Source: Chrysomallon squamiferum (Eukaryota; Animalia; Mollusca). From it: a stretch of 64,000 nt of DNA. Location: the NCBI GenBank assembly GCA_012295275.1, contig CM022665.1, forward strand, positions 28,644,001-28,708,000, written 5' to 3'. Positions 1 to 13,624 of the stretch are shown here, in pieces (the first letter of the stretch is position 1; every line of letters begins with the position of its first letter). The position numbers were made by a program, and so were the translations under genes. Under the pieces are notes generated by a model. The model saw nothing but the letters and a program-made list of their open reading frames with translations, was not told where the DNA came from and did no database searches.

Positions 1-417
1 TTTGATGGACATGGAAAAAAATAACCGAGTATCTGTGTCCATGTTAGAATTCATGACAAAGTCTTATGGATGTACGTATATGACATTTCTAATTAAATTT
101 CGTACCTATAAGTTTTATTTATTTATTTCATTTCATTTTATTGTTGTTGTTTTTTTGTTTGTTTTTGTTTGTTTGTTGCTGTTGTTTTTTTGATTAATTA
201 ATTAATTTATTTAGTTTTATTTTTCGTTATGGCCTAACATATATAATAACCTCGAAAGATATGATTCCTCCATTCCTCTATGCGATTGGGGTATAAAGTT
301 AATAAAAATATTTTAAAAGTTACAAGAAATAGAAAAAACAGACACCTACTTAAAAATTAGTTTATAAAGAATAAGAAAGAAATTAGTAATTGAAAACTGA
401 ATCATTTTCATTTCCAG

Positions 418-1751
418 TGCCATCATTTGGAGTGAATATAGACATGCAGGAAATATCAGTAAGTGATACTTCAGTGTCTGTTTCTTGGACTCCGTTGCCG
501 CAAAGTGTTGTCAGTGAAATATCAGCCATGCAGCTTACATACAGTGACGGCAGTGACAGAAATGAACACAGCAAGAAAGTGGAGCCGAGTAGTAGCAAAT
601 TCGTTCTGGATGGGCTGGACCCAGGGACAAATTATGCTGCACGAGTTGAAGTATTATTCAAAAATGGGACAGTAGCTAGGTCTAGCACGATACACTTTGT
701 CACTGGTACAAATACTGGAGGTAATTATTTAAAATAAATAAATAAATGCAGAAAGAAATGTTATTAATTTTTGTTAACATATATATAGGCTTCCATCGAA
801 AAGTAATGTTTACAAAAATGGTTTTTTCAACGTTTTGTAGCGCTGTTGTAAAACCTAAGTTGTTTGTTTGTTGTTGTTTGTTGTTGTTTTGTTTTATTTT
901 TTTTTTTCTTCTTGTGACGGGGGTATGGGTTGGTAGTTAAACATAAAATTAAAATCCATATTGATGAAATTCATTAATTAACATTTCACGTATAGATCAG
1001 TAAAGCATAATATAAATAAACCAAACAATATTCTTAAAACTGGCGGCAACAAATAAGTTACTTAATTAATGATTAATTTATGTGGTCAAAATTAAAGAGA
1101 ACCGTTGGTTTTTAAGTCCATATTCGTTCATTTATTTAATCCGATGCCTTTAACATAATACGTTAAACATTTTGTTTTTGCATTGTATATGCACTTTCAT
1201 ATTAATAATTTGATTTCGTAATAATTATATTTAATTTTTCTCAGTTATGACATTTAAGCCAAAATCATCCGAATTTTGACTAATCATAAAGTAATATTAT
1301 TAATCAATATACTTTAAGTTCATGTAATCAAATGATTTGTTTACCAAAAAGAACTGTTTATTGAGGTGATGCCTTAATCATTTCAGACACGCCCCAGAGT
1401 GTCCTGATACCACTGGTCGTTTCGGCTGTGATTGTCGTCTGCGCGATCGCTATTGTAGCAGTCACGTGTTGCCTCTGGAGACGAGCAAAGCTCGGGCAGT
1501 CTCGTGACAATTCGTTTGAAAACAAAACATTTGGGGTGAGTATTTGTCATTTAGCAGAAAATCTTTACAAAACAGGCCAATATTATTGGCATATCCTCAT
1601 GGTAAAACATATATGACCGTTTTTATGGATTTATTATCGCGCATTTCCACACCCCCATCTATCTTATTCAATAAATGAACTACATTTGAATAAATACTGA
1701 TTTATTAGATGAGATTGTTTTTTCTTTTTAATTTTAATAAATTTTTATTCG

Positions 1752-1792
<41 letters not shown>

Positions 1793-2163
1793 TACAGAGA
1801 GAGAGAGAGAGTTCAAATAATTTTATATTTTTAGTAACTAAATAATTCATCTATATTAAAAAAATTAAATTTTGCTATAATTATAAAAACAATATCTGCG
1901 GATTTAAGCTCTTTTAAAAACAACAGGCCGTTTGTTTACCGACCTGAAACCCTTTGACTTTATCAACGTGCATTGTCTAAAAGGTATAGAAATATCTGCA
2001 TTACTTAACAGATGTATTGTGTTTCTTTTGTCTTTAAAAATAAAATATTCAATAAAAGATATGCTATTACAATGACAAAAATTAATATGCTCTGTACGTG
2101 AAGTTTTTTCTCTTTTAGATTCATCTAGAAAACGACGGGAAAATATTATCAGTGAAACCATGA
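418..2163 (+). CDS. 3' part of a single-pass membrane protein with a membrane-proximal fibronectin type III domain (5' exons lie upstream of the window)
   Basis: Exons 418-720 (ttccag|..|gtaatt, phase 1-1, FN3 signature VSVSW..LTY..LDGLDPGTNYAARVEV), 1387-1535 (TM VLIPLVVSAVIVVCAIAIVAVTCCLW, then RRAK and FENKTFG, donor gtgagt) and 2119-2163 (ttttag|IHLENDGKILSVKP-TGA). All junctions are in frame. Confidence 0.8.
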
Positions 2164-2900
2164 TGATGTCATTGAAAAACAGATTTCAAGTTAATCATGT
2201 TCAAGCAATTTTTATTACTCGTACCTATATATTTTTTTTTTACAGTTATCGATATAACTATATTTTTTTATTATTATTATTATAAAAGTGAATTTATATT
2301 GATGATAATATGTTTTGAAAAAAGAACGGGTTGATGTATGATAGGAAACATTAAAAGGGTAAAATGTCCGTTAGTTCATTACCATTCATTATTAAATCAT
2401 TTCATCAAAATGAAACCAGTGAACATGAAATTTGCTACAAGCCATATTTAGTTTTTAAAATAAAATTTCATATTTATTTATGTAATAAATTATCAGCATT
2501 TTTTTATTTTATAATTAACACACTCATGATGTGTTTTGTAATTATTGTATCTTTTTGTAAAAGAAAAGTTTTTGTATCATTGAAAATGAATTTGTAATAA
2601 TCATATTAATTTCATTTAATGGCTATTTACTATTTTTTCTTCTTTCTTTTTTACTTTTTCTTTACACATTTCTCTAAATTGTATATATATTAACATTTTT
2701 CAATTATTATTTTTATTATTTAATATGTGTATGTATATATATATATACACATTTTTTGAAAAAAAATTAATGTCAGTGTAAAAAGTACCTTTTTTAATTT
2801 TGTAAAATGCAGACATCTCTCATGAAAATATAAGATTATACAGCGTATACTGACTTTAGTATTTCTTTTTTTATTTATTTTTATTTATTTATTTATTCTT

Positions 2901-2965
<65 letters not shown>

Positions 2966-3791
2966 TTGTTTTTGTATAGTTTCTCAAGTTGAAATGAACA
3001 TGCATATTTAAATGTATATTTATGCTTAAATATTATATAATTTTCATAAAGTATATGACGTGTATGTCAATGGCACCTATATTCAAGTCACGAAATTATA
3101 TTAATTATTCGTGAAATATTTTGACATACGGTTGTGTAAATATGCTTCTTCGTCCTCTTTTAATCTTTTTCTATTAATTTTACTTCTTATTTTCCTGTTG
3201 GTGTTCTCTCTGTTATTTTACGGTTTTATTTTTGAATGTGCTCTACTACTTAAATAAATAACAGTATTGTCATTTTAGTATTTATAAAACAGTTTCAGGA
3301 ACTAAATCTTAAATCTGGTAGTGGAATTAACTTTTCTCCAATTGATGCACCTGTCCTATAATAATGTACTATGACGTCGATCCTTTACGGCAATTTTTTG
3401 GGTGGAAAGTTTGTCAAATGTAACAGTTCCGATTACAGACAATAATATTAACGAAATCAAAATTTATTGCATTAATAACCTAAATGTCTGAAATACTAAT
3501 ATGGCTGTTATCAGTGTAACGTTTAACGCGTCACTTGTTCTTTATCGACAAATCGTTCACTAGTCGGAGTGAGGTTGTTCCACTACGGATTATAATATTT
3601 ATTATCCGAGCATTCTTTTTCTACTCAGGAATTATTTGTTCTCTTTAGCTTTAACCTTAGCTTTTCAGTGGAAACAATGAAATATTAAACGTATCAGCTT
3701 GAAGAGTAGGCCACATGTATATTTATGCGAATTATGTACTAACATCCCTCGTATGCAGTGTTTCATGACATCGGATGTTTCTGGATTGTTC

Positions 3792-3822
<31 letters not shown>

Positions 3823-4992
3823 CATCTTCATCAAAATGCATTTCTTCGTGGCACTGAAAATGGTTATTGTTTAATTTATTTCTTTTTTTATTTATCAGAT
3901 CAAAAACAAAAATTGACAATTAACATGTTTTCAAATTTATTCAGATTTTTTTTTTTTTTTTTTTAAACACATAAACTTTGTCTTTTATTTTAAACATTTG
4001 TGACCATTTCTGAATATATTTAGATGAATCAGAAGTACAAGGCTAGATCTGATATTAATTCTGTTACCTAATTCCACAGCACAAATTACTGTGGCTTTCT
4101 GAGATCCTAGTAGATTTAACGAAAACAGTTTGTTCTAACTGTCCAGATATCTGTAAGGTGCAAGTCTCATAACTTGAGCCATTAACCATAAAATGTACAC
4201 CGTCATGATATGCGACGATTTCTGCAGTAATAGGAATGATCAAAAGTAGATATCGTTAACACGTAATATAGTCGCCTCTACTGAAATCTGTTTTAATGAT
4301 TATTACATATTATAATGGTCTCGCCATAAAATGTGTTTCTATTGTTTTCTTTTCAAAAACTGTGTTCAATATTGAATATAGAATTTGTCATAACTATTTT
4401 GTAAATCAAAATCGCATAATAATAAAATGTATGTTTATTTGAAATTTTCTGGATTGTCGTTTGTTGTTAATTCGCTAATAAATGCGAGTGTACGTAGCCT
4501 GTATACAAATTTGGTTAATATTATGTTTTATTTGACTTTCCTAGGCTATAAGAAAGTAATTTTATAATCTTATTTCTAGGCATTGATTTTCTTTTTGAAA
4601 AATTCTATGCAAAACCAATAACCAATTAGATTATTTTATTACATGACATTTCATACATATAAAAAATATAGTGTATTTACGAAACAAAAGTGAGCACTAC
4701 ATTAAGTGTTCATTTGACTAAAAAAGAGGCATTTTCCCTCTCTATCGCCGGTTTTCTCTATTTGGTTTAATCCATATAAAATTACGTCCCAAAAAATGTT
4801 TCAGGTGCCTAGCTTTTATTTTGTTATGAACATATTTCACACTCATTCTGCGTAATCTTAGAAAATTGTGATTTAAAGGATGAAATTATCGTGTCCCATA
4901 AACGGGATTGCAGTACCCATAAACGGGATTGCAGTACCAGTGGGTCGAAATGTTTTAGGATGTAATAGTAATAATTCTAATATCAGTTAGAG

Positions 4993-5260
4993 CATTGGTT
5001 TTCGCGAACCTTTATGAGCAACTCAGTATGACCGATGACCCCCTTTAAAAATTTTGATTCAATAATATCTAGGGTTACCATATTTTCATCAACCAAAGAC
5101 AATATAAAAGGAATCTATATCCACTGTGACGGGTCCGAAACCTATTTACACGTTTTTATTTATTCCTCCTTCCAAGTCAAGAGTAAAAAGCTAAAACATA
5201 CCATTGCTCAAGACTGACCCCCAGAAAAAAGGCTGGTGACCCCCAGGTTGAAAACCTATG
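4993..5260. mobile_element. Non-autonomous hAT (Charlie-like) MITE
   Basis: TIRs CATTGGTTTTC / GAAAACCTATG, perfect 8-bp TSD AGTTAGAG (4985-4992 and 5261-5268), and subterminal GACCCC repeats at both ends. Confidence 0.8.
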
Positions 5261-5404
5261 AGTTAGAGAGAGTAGTACAGTTAAGCTTATTTGGTACTAC
5301 TGGAAACTTGTGTCACTGACCGTGTGACTGACACTTAGGCAATGGTTTATTTTTATTTAATTATTTTTATGGGCCTGAATGTAACTGTTTAACATCAGTT
5401 ACGT

Positions 5405-5905
5405 ATGTTTGAATGTACGTGTGTGTTTCCTTATGTCTGTATGTGTAACTTTTGACATGCACATGGTATGAATGTATGTATTTATATATGCGTATGTGTG
5501 CGTGTGTATCAGTGTACATGTGTATGAACGTGCATTTTTGTATGTGTTTGTGTATAAATGTATGAGTATGCCTATGTGTTTGTTGGTGTTTGTGTCAGTG
5601 TATGAATTTGTGTTTCCGTGTATACATGTGCGTTTATTTTTGTGTACGTGTGTGTCCCTGTGATTCTGTGTTTACGTGCGTGTTAGTTTTGTCTTTCTCG
5701 GTGCTTCTTAGTACGTAGCTATGTATGTATCTGCCTATATACATGTGTATGTGACCGTGTGTTTGTGTGTGAATGGTTCTGAGCGAGTTTCTATGTATGT
5801 TGTTGATTTTTTTTTCTGTATGTATGTACATTTTTATAGCTATATTTTTATATAATTTCATAGATATATGAAACTATAGCGTAATTAATGGGTGCGTGTG
5901 TATAT
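5405..5905. repeat. Degenerate (TG/TA)-rich low-complexity tract
   Basis: Long run of imperfect TGTG/TATG units. Confidence 0.7.
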
Positions 5906-6249
5906 ATGATTCTGAAAATTTTAGATGGTAATACTAATAATAGCAGCAGCAGTAATGATATTAATACTAGAAATAGTAATATTAAATATCACTGCGACAA
6001 TAGTATTATGAAAATAATAATATTAATGAAGTAAATTGTGATTAAGAAGAAGAAGATGTAAAAATATCTCAGTTCCTTATTTTGTTATCAATAAAACGAC
6101 ACAAATTAAATTTATATTCATGCAAAAAGAACTATTTTTTTTCAGCATGAATCTAGATTATAGTTTGAATGTGTAAAATAATAAGAAACAAAACTGAAAA
6201 TGTATTAACATCACTGTTTAATACCATTTAACATGTTATTATTATTATT

Positions 6250-6276
6250 AGTAGTAGTAGTAGTAGTACTAGTACC

Positions 6277-6333
<57 letters not shown>
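6250..6333. repeat. (GTA)n microsatellite
   Basis: Directly visible; explains the poly-Val ORF at 6233. Confidence 0.95.
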
Positions 6334-6334
<1 letters not shown>

Positions 6335-8272
6335 TTGTCATTGTTTCATAATTATGATATGAAAAGAAATGCCTGTCTGCACTCCAAAAGCTATTCCATC
6401 TTACTATTTGATTTTTATTTACTAGTCTGTTTTTCTTTGTTTATTTATGACTTCTGGATACTCCTATCTGAGTAATATAGTTTGCTTCTGTGTAGTGCAG
6501 TAACTGAACTACCAGCCTAGCAACTACTAGGTACTCTTCTTCCGAACTAATGAGGAATGTTTAAAACAAGAACATATTTGTTTCCTACTAACTTATTCTG
6601 ATGTAATGCAAGTAACATCCTAATGTTAACTTCACCGATTTATTGGTTGTTTTTGCTTTGTTTGTTATTGTTTTTAACTTTCAGTTCCTATTTACCACTT
6701 TACTCATCATACTCCAAGTGGACCAACCCAAACACATAGAAATAAAATTAAATATTATTTAAAATTTACCTTTAGAAATGTGAAGAAATAGTGTAAACAT
6801 TTTTTGCATTTTTTCAAGTTACTTGTTATAACAAAAGAAATTTTTTGGTGAAGTAACCACATCGCCCACAACGACACAACTGTAGTAATGAAGGGTAAAA
6901 ACCATTCAAATGATTTTAAAATTTATATATATATTTTTATCATTTTATTCTCAGTCTTAGTAATGAATGATAATTGGTTGCTTCAAACAATAAAAATATT
7001 AACTGGAAATATGAAGAATTATACTGGGCCATTTTTGGTACCCTTACATGGAATGGAATGGAAAAAATTAACTGGGCCATTTTTGACACCCTTACAATAG
7101 AAAAAATGTTTATATACTGTTCAGGTGCACAACCACTGGTCTTTTTAAAAATTGTTTATGAATTTATTTATTTCACAATAGAATTAATTTTGAGAGTAAG
7201 AAAACAAGAACACATATGAATTCAAAAACTTCAGTGATAGGAGGCTTCTTCTTTTAATTAATATTATTATATATATATATTTTTTTTAAGTAGTTTTCAT
7301 CTTTTTCCTAATGAAACCTTGAAAAATGTTTTTTCAATTTGACCTCACTTTATTATTTCTTGCTGAAAATCAGATTATATATTTTCACTTCAGTTTCTTA
7401 TATTTTTGTGCATTGTCATAACATCTTTGAATATTTAAACTATAAACATATGCACAAAGAATAAACCAAACATTCTTGAACTAATATTCACTTGGATGGA
7501 AAATTAAGTCATTTCTCAATTTTGCTAGATTTACTAACATGTCACTTCACAGAAGAGACTTTAATTACAAAGAATGGAATGAGTTAAGTAGGGAACGCTA
7601 TGAACAACTCAAATACAAACATGTTTGCTAAAATAATTATTAGTAAAGCAGAAGATAACACAATAATATTAACGTTTTTTCATCAAGTCATATTTTATTT
7701 CAAAATATTTCTTCACAAATCTTAAAACGATCTGTAGTACAATTGTAACATTAAACATTGTTCAACAATCTTTATTAAAAATTGTATAAATAGCGTCCAA
7801 AAGTTTTGTACAATCATCATTTAGATTGTAAATGTTTTACATTTGGCACATTTAAATGAACACCTCAGTTTAATTTAGGAGATAAAAATTGCACTTTCAT
7901 TATCATCAGTAACATTTCTTCTGCTTATTTACTGGCCTAGACTTGCAAGCTGCAGTCTATTTTCTATTTCATTATTATATTTGTTAACAATCCCCAAACT
8001 TTTTAACCACGTCGATCTTCTTTCGTTATTTAAAAATTAAACACTCTCAAATTTTGAGTTACTTTCACAACCAGTTGAGGAATAAATATAAAATATTAAC
8101 CTCTTCAACTTCCAAAACTTTTCATCAATTGCAAAGTGTTTTAAAATTTTATATTTATAAAATATGAAAACATATCTTCTACCTCAAGGTAAAATAAAAG
8201 ATGCCTGGTAAGACAGTATTATTTAATTCCAAGAACTGCAGTCATTTGCACGTAAAGATTTTCAATATTTAT

Positions 8273-8569
8273 TCAACTATCCTCTCCAGTAACAAACATG
8301 TGTACTGGTTTCTCAGAGTTTAACATCAAAGATGCTCTGTTTGCACCAACAACCTCGGCCAGACGTTGAGCATCGTATTTGGAATACATCACAGTACATG
8401 TTGCATGGTCAGAGTTTTTTTGACGTTTTGGGTCTTTGATCATGTTACACAGTTCATAATAAAAGTGAGGATACTGGGGCAGACCATAAAATATTATGTG
8501 TTTAATACCTCGAATCTTAAACCTGAAATGAAAAAAAAAAATTAAAATTAAGAATTAGTGTTGATTTTG

Positions 8570-8606
<37 letters not shown>

Positions 8607-11600
8607 GTAATGGTTAAAATGGATACAGAAGTAATCCGAAGAAAATTAATAAAAATAAACAACAACAGTAACCCTATGGGAAAGTGCAGAGATGAATTCA
8701 TTGCTGCTAATGGTAGTACCATCATATCGTCATTATACACAAAAATTACATGATTCCTAATTTTCAGTCATTAATACAAAAACAGTAGTCCTTTCATATT
8801 ATTATTATTATATACAAAAACAACACATTTTATTCCTAATAAAAAACAACATAAAAATATATTGTTACTGATTTTCTAACATTTAATTTAATATATATTT
8901 TAGTAACAAAATTTGATGTTATCTCTAGCAAGAAATGACTGCCATTATTGATGCCAATTAATTAAATTATAAAAAATATAAAGGTTAAGTTATGTGGAAG
9001 CTAGATGTGTAGTTACCTTCTGTAGAAGTGTAGCCGTTCAGTGTAAAGCATGAAGTGAGACTTGCCGTGGTAGAAATCACATCTAACTCTCGTGATTCCT
9101 CTGTCTGATGCATATCTGAAACAAAAATACAGCGAAAAATAATTACACTGACATTTTATCTTGTTCATAACCTATACATAATAAAAGAAAAATAATATTT
9201 GTTTAAAACATTTTTTTTATTTAGTTACCATTATTATGTTTTTTGGTGGGATCTTTTGGTTCCTTTGTTATTGTTGTTATTATTATTATTGTTTTTTAAA
9301 CAAATTAATCTAAAGCATATGTACAAATATACTATTAATAATGATAATGTGAATTGTAAAACAGCTTCAGGTTTCCTACATTATAAATTTAAAGATTTGT
9401 CAGCCAAATAAAAACATCTATAATTTAGTCTGTTTAAAAGCAAGGAAATTTATAAATGTTTTACTATTTTTATTTTTTAAAATTCCCTAAATCTAAAGAC
9501 CAATTTTAGCTTATAAAACTATATTACACTAGTTTTAATCTTATTTTTTAGAGTACGACTTAAATCCAATCAAATAAATAAAACAAATAACTAATTTAAA
9601 CTTGTACTGTACTCATAATTTAAAAGGTGATTATTAATGATAACTGAAATCTATCTAGTATTTATTATTACTGTCTAAACTAAACTAAATTATGATTAGT
9701 AACTGAAATCAATCTAGCAATTTATGTAAGTAGTTATTTGTAAATAAAATTTAATGCAGTACTCATTGAGATGCACAAAATTCACATCTTCCTTTTTGAA
9801 ATAGTTTCTAACTCGCACAAAGTCAAAGTAGGATGGAATGAAGATAAATGTTTGGGACATCACAGGGTCTTTGTGATGAGGAAGCAGCTGTAAGGAAGGA
9901 ATGAAAAAGATAAACTGAAACAAACTGTAACAGATAAACTTATAATTCTCACATACAAACAAACAAAATATTCATGAAATAAAGAGAAAATATTTGAAGC
10001 ATATAAGCTGACAAAAAGTAAACAATGTAATATTTCCTTTAAAACTGACCATTTTCAGTTGTTATTACACAGAAATAAATCATGTGTTAACCTTCAATAA
10101 TCCAGCAGCCATATTTTGTTTTCATTTATATTCAGTTAGACAGAGTAAGTATAATTATAATCAGATTTCCGTAAAATCAATCTAATTCTTTGGAAATTGG
10201 AAAGAGACACTATACTTCAGTCAGATTTAAAATATTTAAATTCATAAATCCATTTTTTTTTTTTAATTTTTTTTTCATCTCTCTATAGAGAAATGGTCTG
10301 TTATACTACTGCATCTCTATTATGATTAATTAATCACAACAGAAATATTTAGTGATAACAACTGCAAAAACAGCAGTTGTCACACTAAAGATTTAATATT
10401 GTGAAGTAATAGCAATATCAAATGTTCTCCAACATGTTTTAAATTATTAATATTTTCTTTATTTATGACTATTTTCTTAATAAAATAGTTCTAAACTCAT
10501 GTTACCTTTTTGATGAAGAAGTTAAATTTTGTGTCAGACAGTTGACTGTAACTGGAACATTCCAACCTATGAAACAGCTGAGAAAAAAAAAAACAGACAC
10601 AAAAACAAAAAATTATAATAAAGTTTTTAGATCTAATTTCAAACACTAAACAGTTCCTGTTTCTACAGATTCTTTTAAAATTAAAATTTTTCAATTTAAA
10701 TATTGACATATTCATCATACACAATACATTTTTAAATTTCCACTCAATTTGTTCAAATATTATATAAACATCATCTCATTTAATGGTGTATTTATAAAAA
10801 TTTGAACATGACATAATGTGCATTAATGTAATAGATATACATGTTGAATTTTGTCCTTTAAGTTCTGTTTTCATTAGCTGAGATAAGCTTTTCTCTGCAG
10901 CAAATTCAGTCTGAAAAAACATGAGTGGAAATTTATAAAATGTTCAGTGCACACAGATCTCTGTGTTAAATGAATATGAAGTTTCTTCTTATATATATAT
11001 ATATACAAATTATACAGACTTTTGAAACATACCTGTGGTAGTTGTGTGATGATTTGGCATATAGCCCCTTTGGCTGGCTTTCGAATAAACTGAAGTTTAC
11101 CTGCATAATCTGAACAGTTAAAGGTAAATTCAATTTTTTGATAATATATCATCATTTCCACCATAAAAGACAAATGAAATTAAAATTTAAATGGCAATAT
11201 TTTGAAAATATCAAATTCAGTACTGTAATTTATTTCAGAATATTATGAACAGTATTATGTAAAAAAACTTGAAAGTCAAAGGATACTATGACAGTATTTG
11301 TTGAAAACTGCATTAATCTCAGGACAAAACACAGAGCTCAAGATAATTGTCTGTCTGTACAACTTAGACCTAAAACATTAAAAAAAATAATAATAGTAAA
11401 AATAAATGATAATGACACATACCAAAGAACAGATATTAATGAATTTATGACATAACCACCTCAATAATGCACTAAATTTAAAAAAAAAAATATATATATA
11501 TATATATTTTTCTGGAGACATGTATGTAAATTATATACTGATACCCTAAAAATACTTTCAACAACAAAATTAGTTTATAAATTAATGTGGCTGTTTTTAT

Positions 11601-13585
11601 TGCTGTTGTTTACAATGAAAAATTCTGTGCTATTATTTTTCAACTGAAACAAAACAAGTGTTTACTTGAAGAGTGATATAACATGTCCTCAAGACAATAT
11701 CAAACATTACTTTTTTAATTATTAACTTAGTCCAGTTTTCGTTCATTTTTATTTCATTTCATTTCATTTTGTATTTTAAATTATATTTTCATACCTCATT
11801 TAAAGAAACATTACATGCAGAAATAAAAAGCTAACTGTTAGACAAAAGGCAAAATATATTTACAGTCAACAAACTGATACTAGTAATTTAATTAACGGTG
11901 TGCTGTTTTAGTATTTTTTCAATGTTGTTTTCAACCAATTTTACCATCCATTCAGTGTCCACATCCTGACTCGTGAAAAGTCAACACCATGAGATTCTTT
12001 TGGTTGAAGATGTAGATGGTTGAATGTGTGCTGGAAAAAAAAAAAACTTAATTAAAACAAAACAAAAATGTTTTATTGTTACAGTTTATATCACATGTAA
12101 CCTCAAGATTACTTTTCTTAATTCTGCTGCTCAGATGACAGAGTTTAATGAATTACTTTTCAACAACCATATAAATTATTTGAATAAAACAAAACAAAAA
12201 GGAAATTTGATAAAATTATGTTGTAATATTGAGAATGATTGATAATACTTCACTGTTATAATTTTGTTTTTCAAATAATTTTACATTTTTATACAAACTT
12301 TAAATTAAAATGTTGAGTCCTTGTAATTACACCTTAAAAAAATAAAAATAAACAGGCTTAATATTATTTACTAAGAATTGAAAGTTATTTGCATTAAACT
12401 ACAACATAAGCATCATAACATCTACTTTAGATGTTTTTCATTTATTTTAAAGAACAATAAGCATTGTTATTATTGGTTTGGCTTACTAAAATATGATCCC
12501 AGTTTTGCATAAGAAAGATGTCTGCCTGGTCCATGATAATTACTTCTATTGAAGAAAGAAAATCATAGTCTCTCTCTTTTTCTCTGAAAATTAATTTTTA
12601 TAATAAAACAAAAATGTAGTTTTTTTTCTATTTATTTATTTATTTATTTTTTATTATTTATTTAAAATAAACACCTATGAAAAAAAAATCATTTATTATA
12701 AATTAAATTTTCTATCACTGAAAACTATTTATAAGCTAAGTGAAAAGAATTTATGATATACATTTAGTTAGTACAAGCAATCTGATTTAAGATAATAAAT
12801 CCTTAGTAATAAGAAATTAATACTATATCAATGGCAATAAATTCTTTTTTTCAAATAACCATCTACTGCTCCCATCCCTTACAGTCCTTTTTTTTTTTTT
12901 TTTAGAAAAATGCTCCTTGGAAATTCAACAAATTTCTATACAAACCCTTCAGCTCCTATGACTGTGCGAAGACCAAGTGGTGATGCCAGAATGATGTCAG
13001 AAGAGTAGAATGGAGAGTAGAGTTTCAGCGATTTCTTGGAAACACTGATTCCAATCCGGAAATGGTCATCATTGTTTCCAGTAAATGTTGCTTCATAGTC
13101 CTCTGTAAACATGTCAAACGTTTTGTTATTTCACATTAATTTTATGTTAACTGTCTTATTACGGTATTTATTTATTTTAAATCTATCCTCATACTGTCAG
13201 TTTCAGCTGTTTAAAATACAAATATGCTGTCAGTCAAGTGATGATTATTTTTGGTGTTAGTTTAATTATTTACCTGGTTTACACCCCTTCCTGAATGCTT
13301 CATCATTTTCAGCTCCATATTCGGATTTAAATCTCTTCCTACTGCTTACTGTGATCTGTAAATAACATTGTTCAGAGATATTTAAAATTAGAAACATATT
13401 TCTAACATTCTATTAATTACTGGCAGAAGTAACGAAATGTTTATAAAGAAATCAAAAGGTCAAAGAAAGCATGTTTTACTTTAATTAGATGTATGAAAAC
13501 AACAATTCATTCTTTATTTATGTGCTCGGACAATACAAGTAAAAATGTAGTCATAGCACTCTTTGTAACAAAGATAAATACATAC

Positions 13586-13624
<39 letters not shown>

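Noticed and set aside
4896-4937. 21-bp direct duplication (also 7023-7097 and 61212-61269)
   Set aside because: Two-copy local slippage duplications with no sign of function.
6233-6475. Poly-Val ORF and similar poly-Leu/Ile/Phe/His-Thr ORFs in the track
   Set aside because: They are translations of microsatellites and poly-T/A runs with no splice or codon support.
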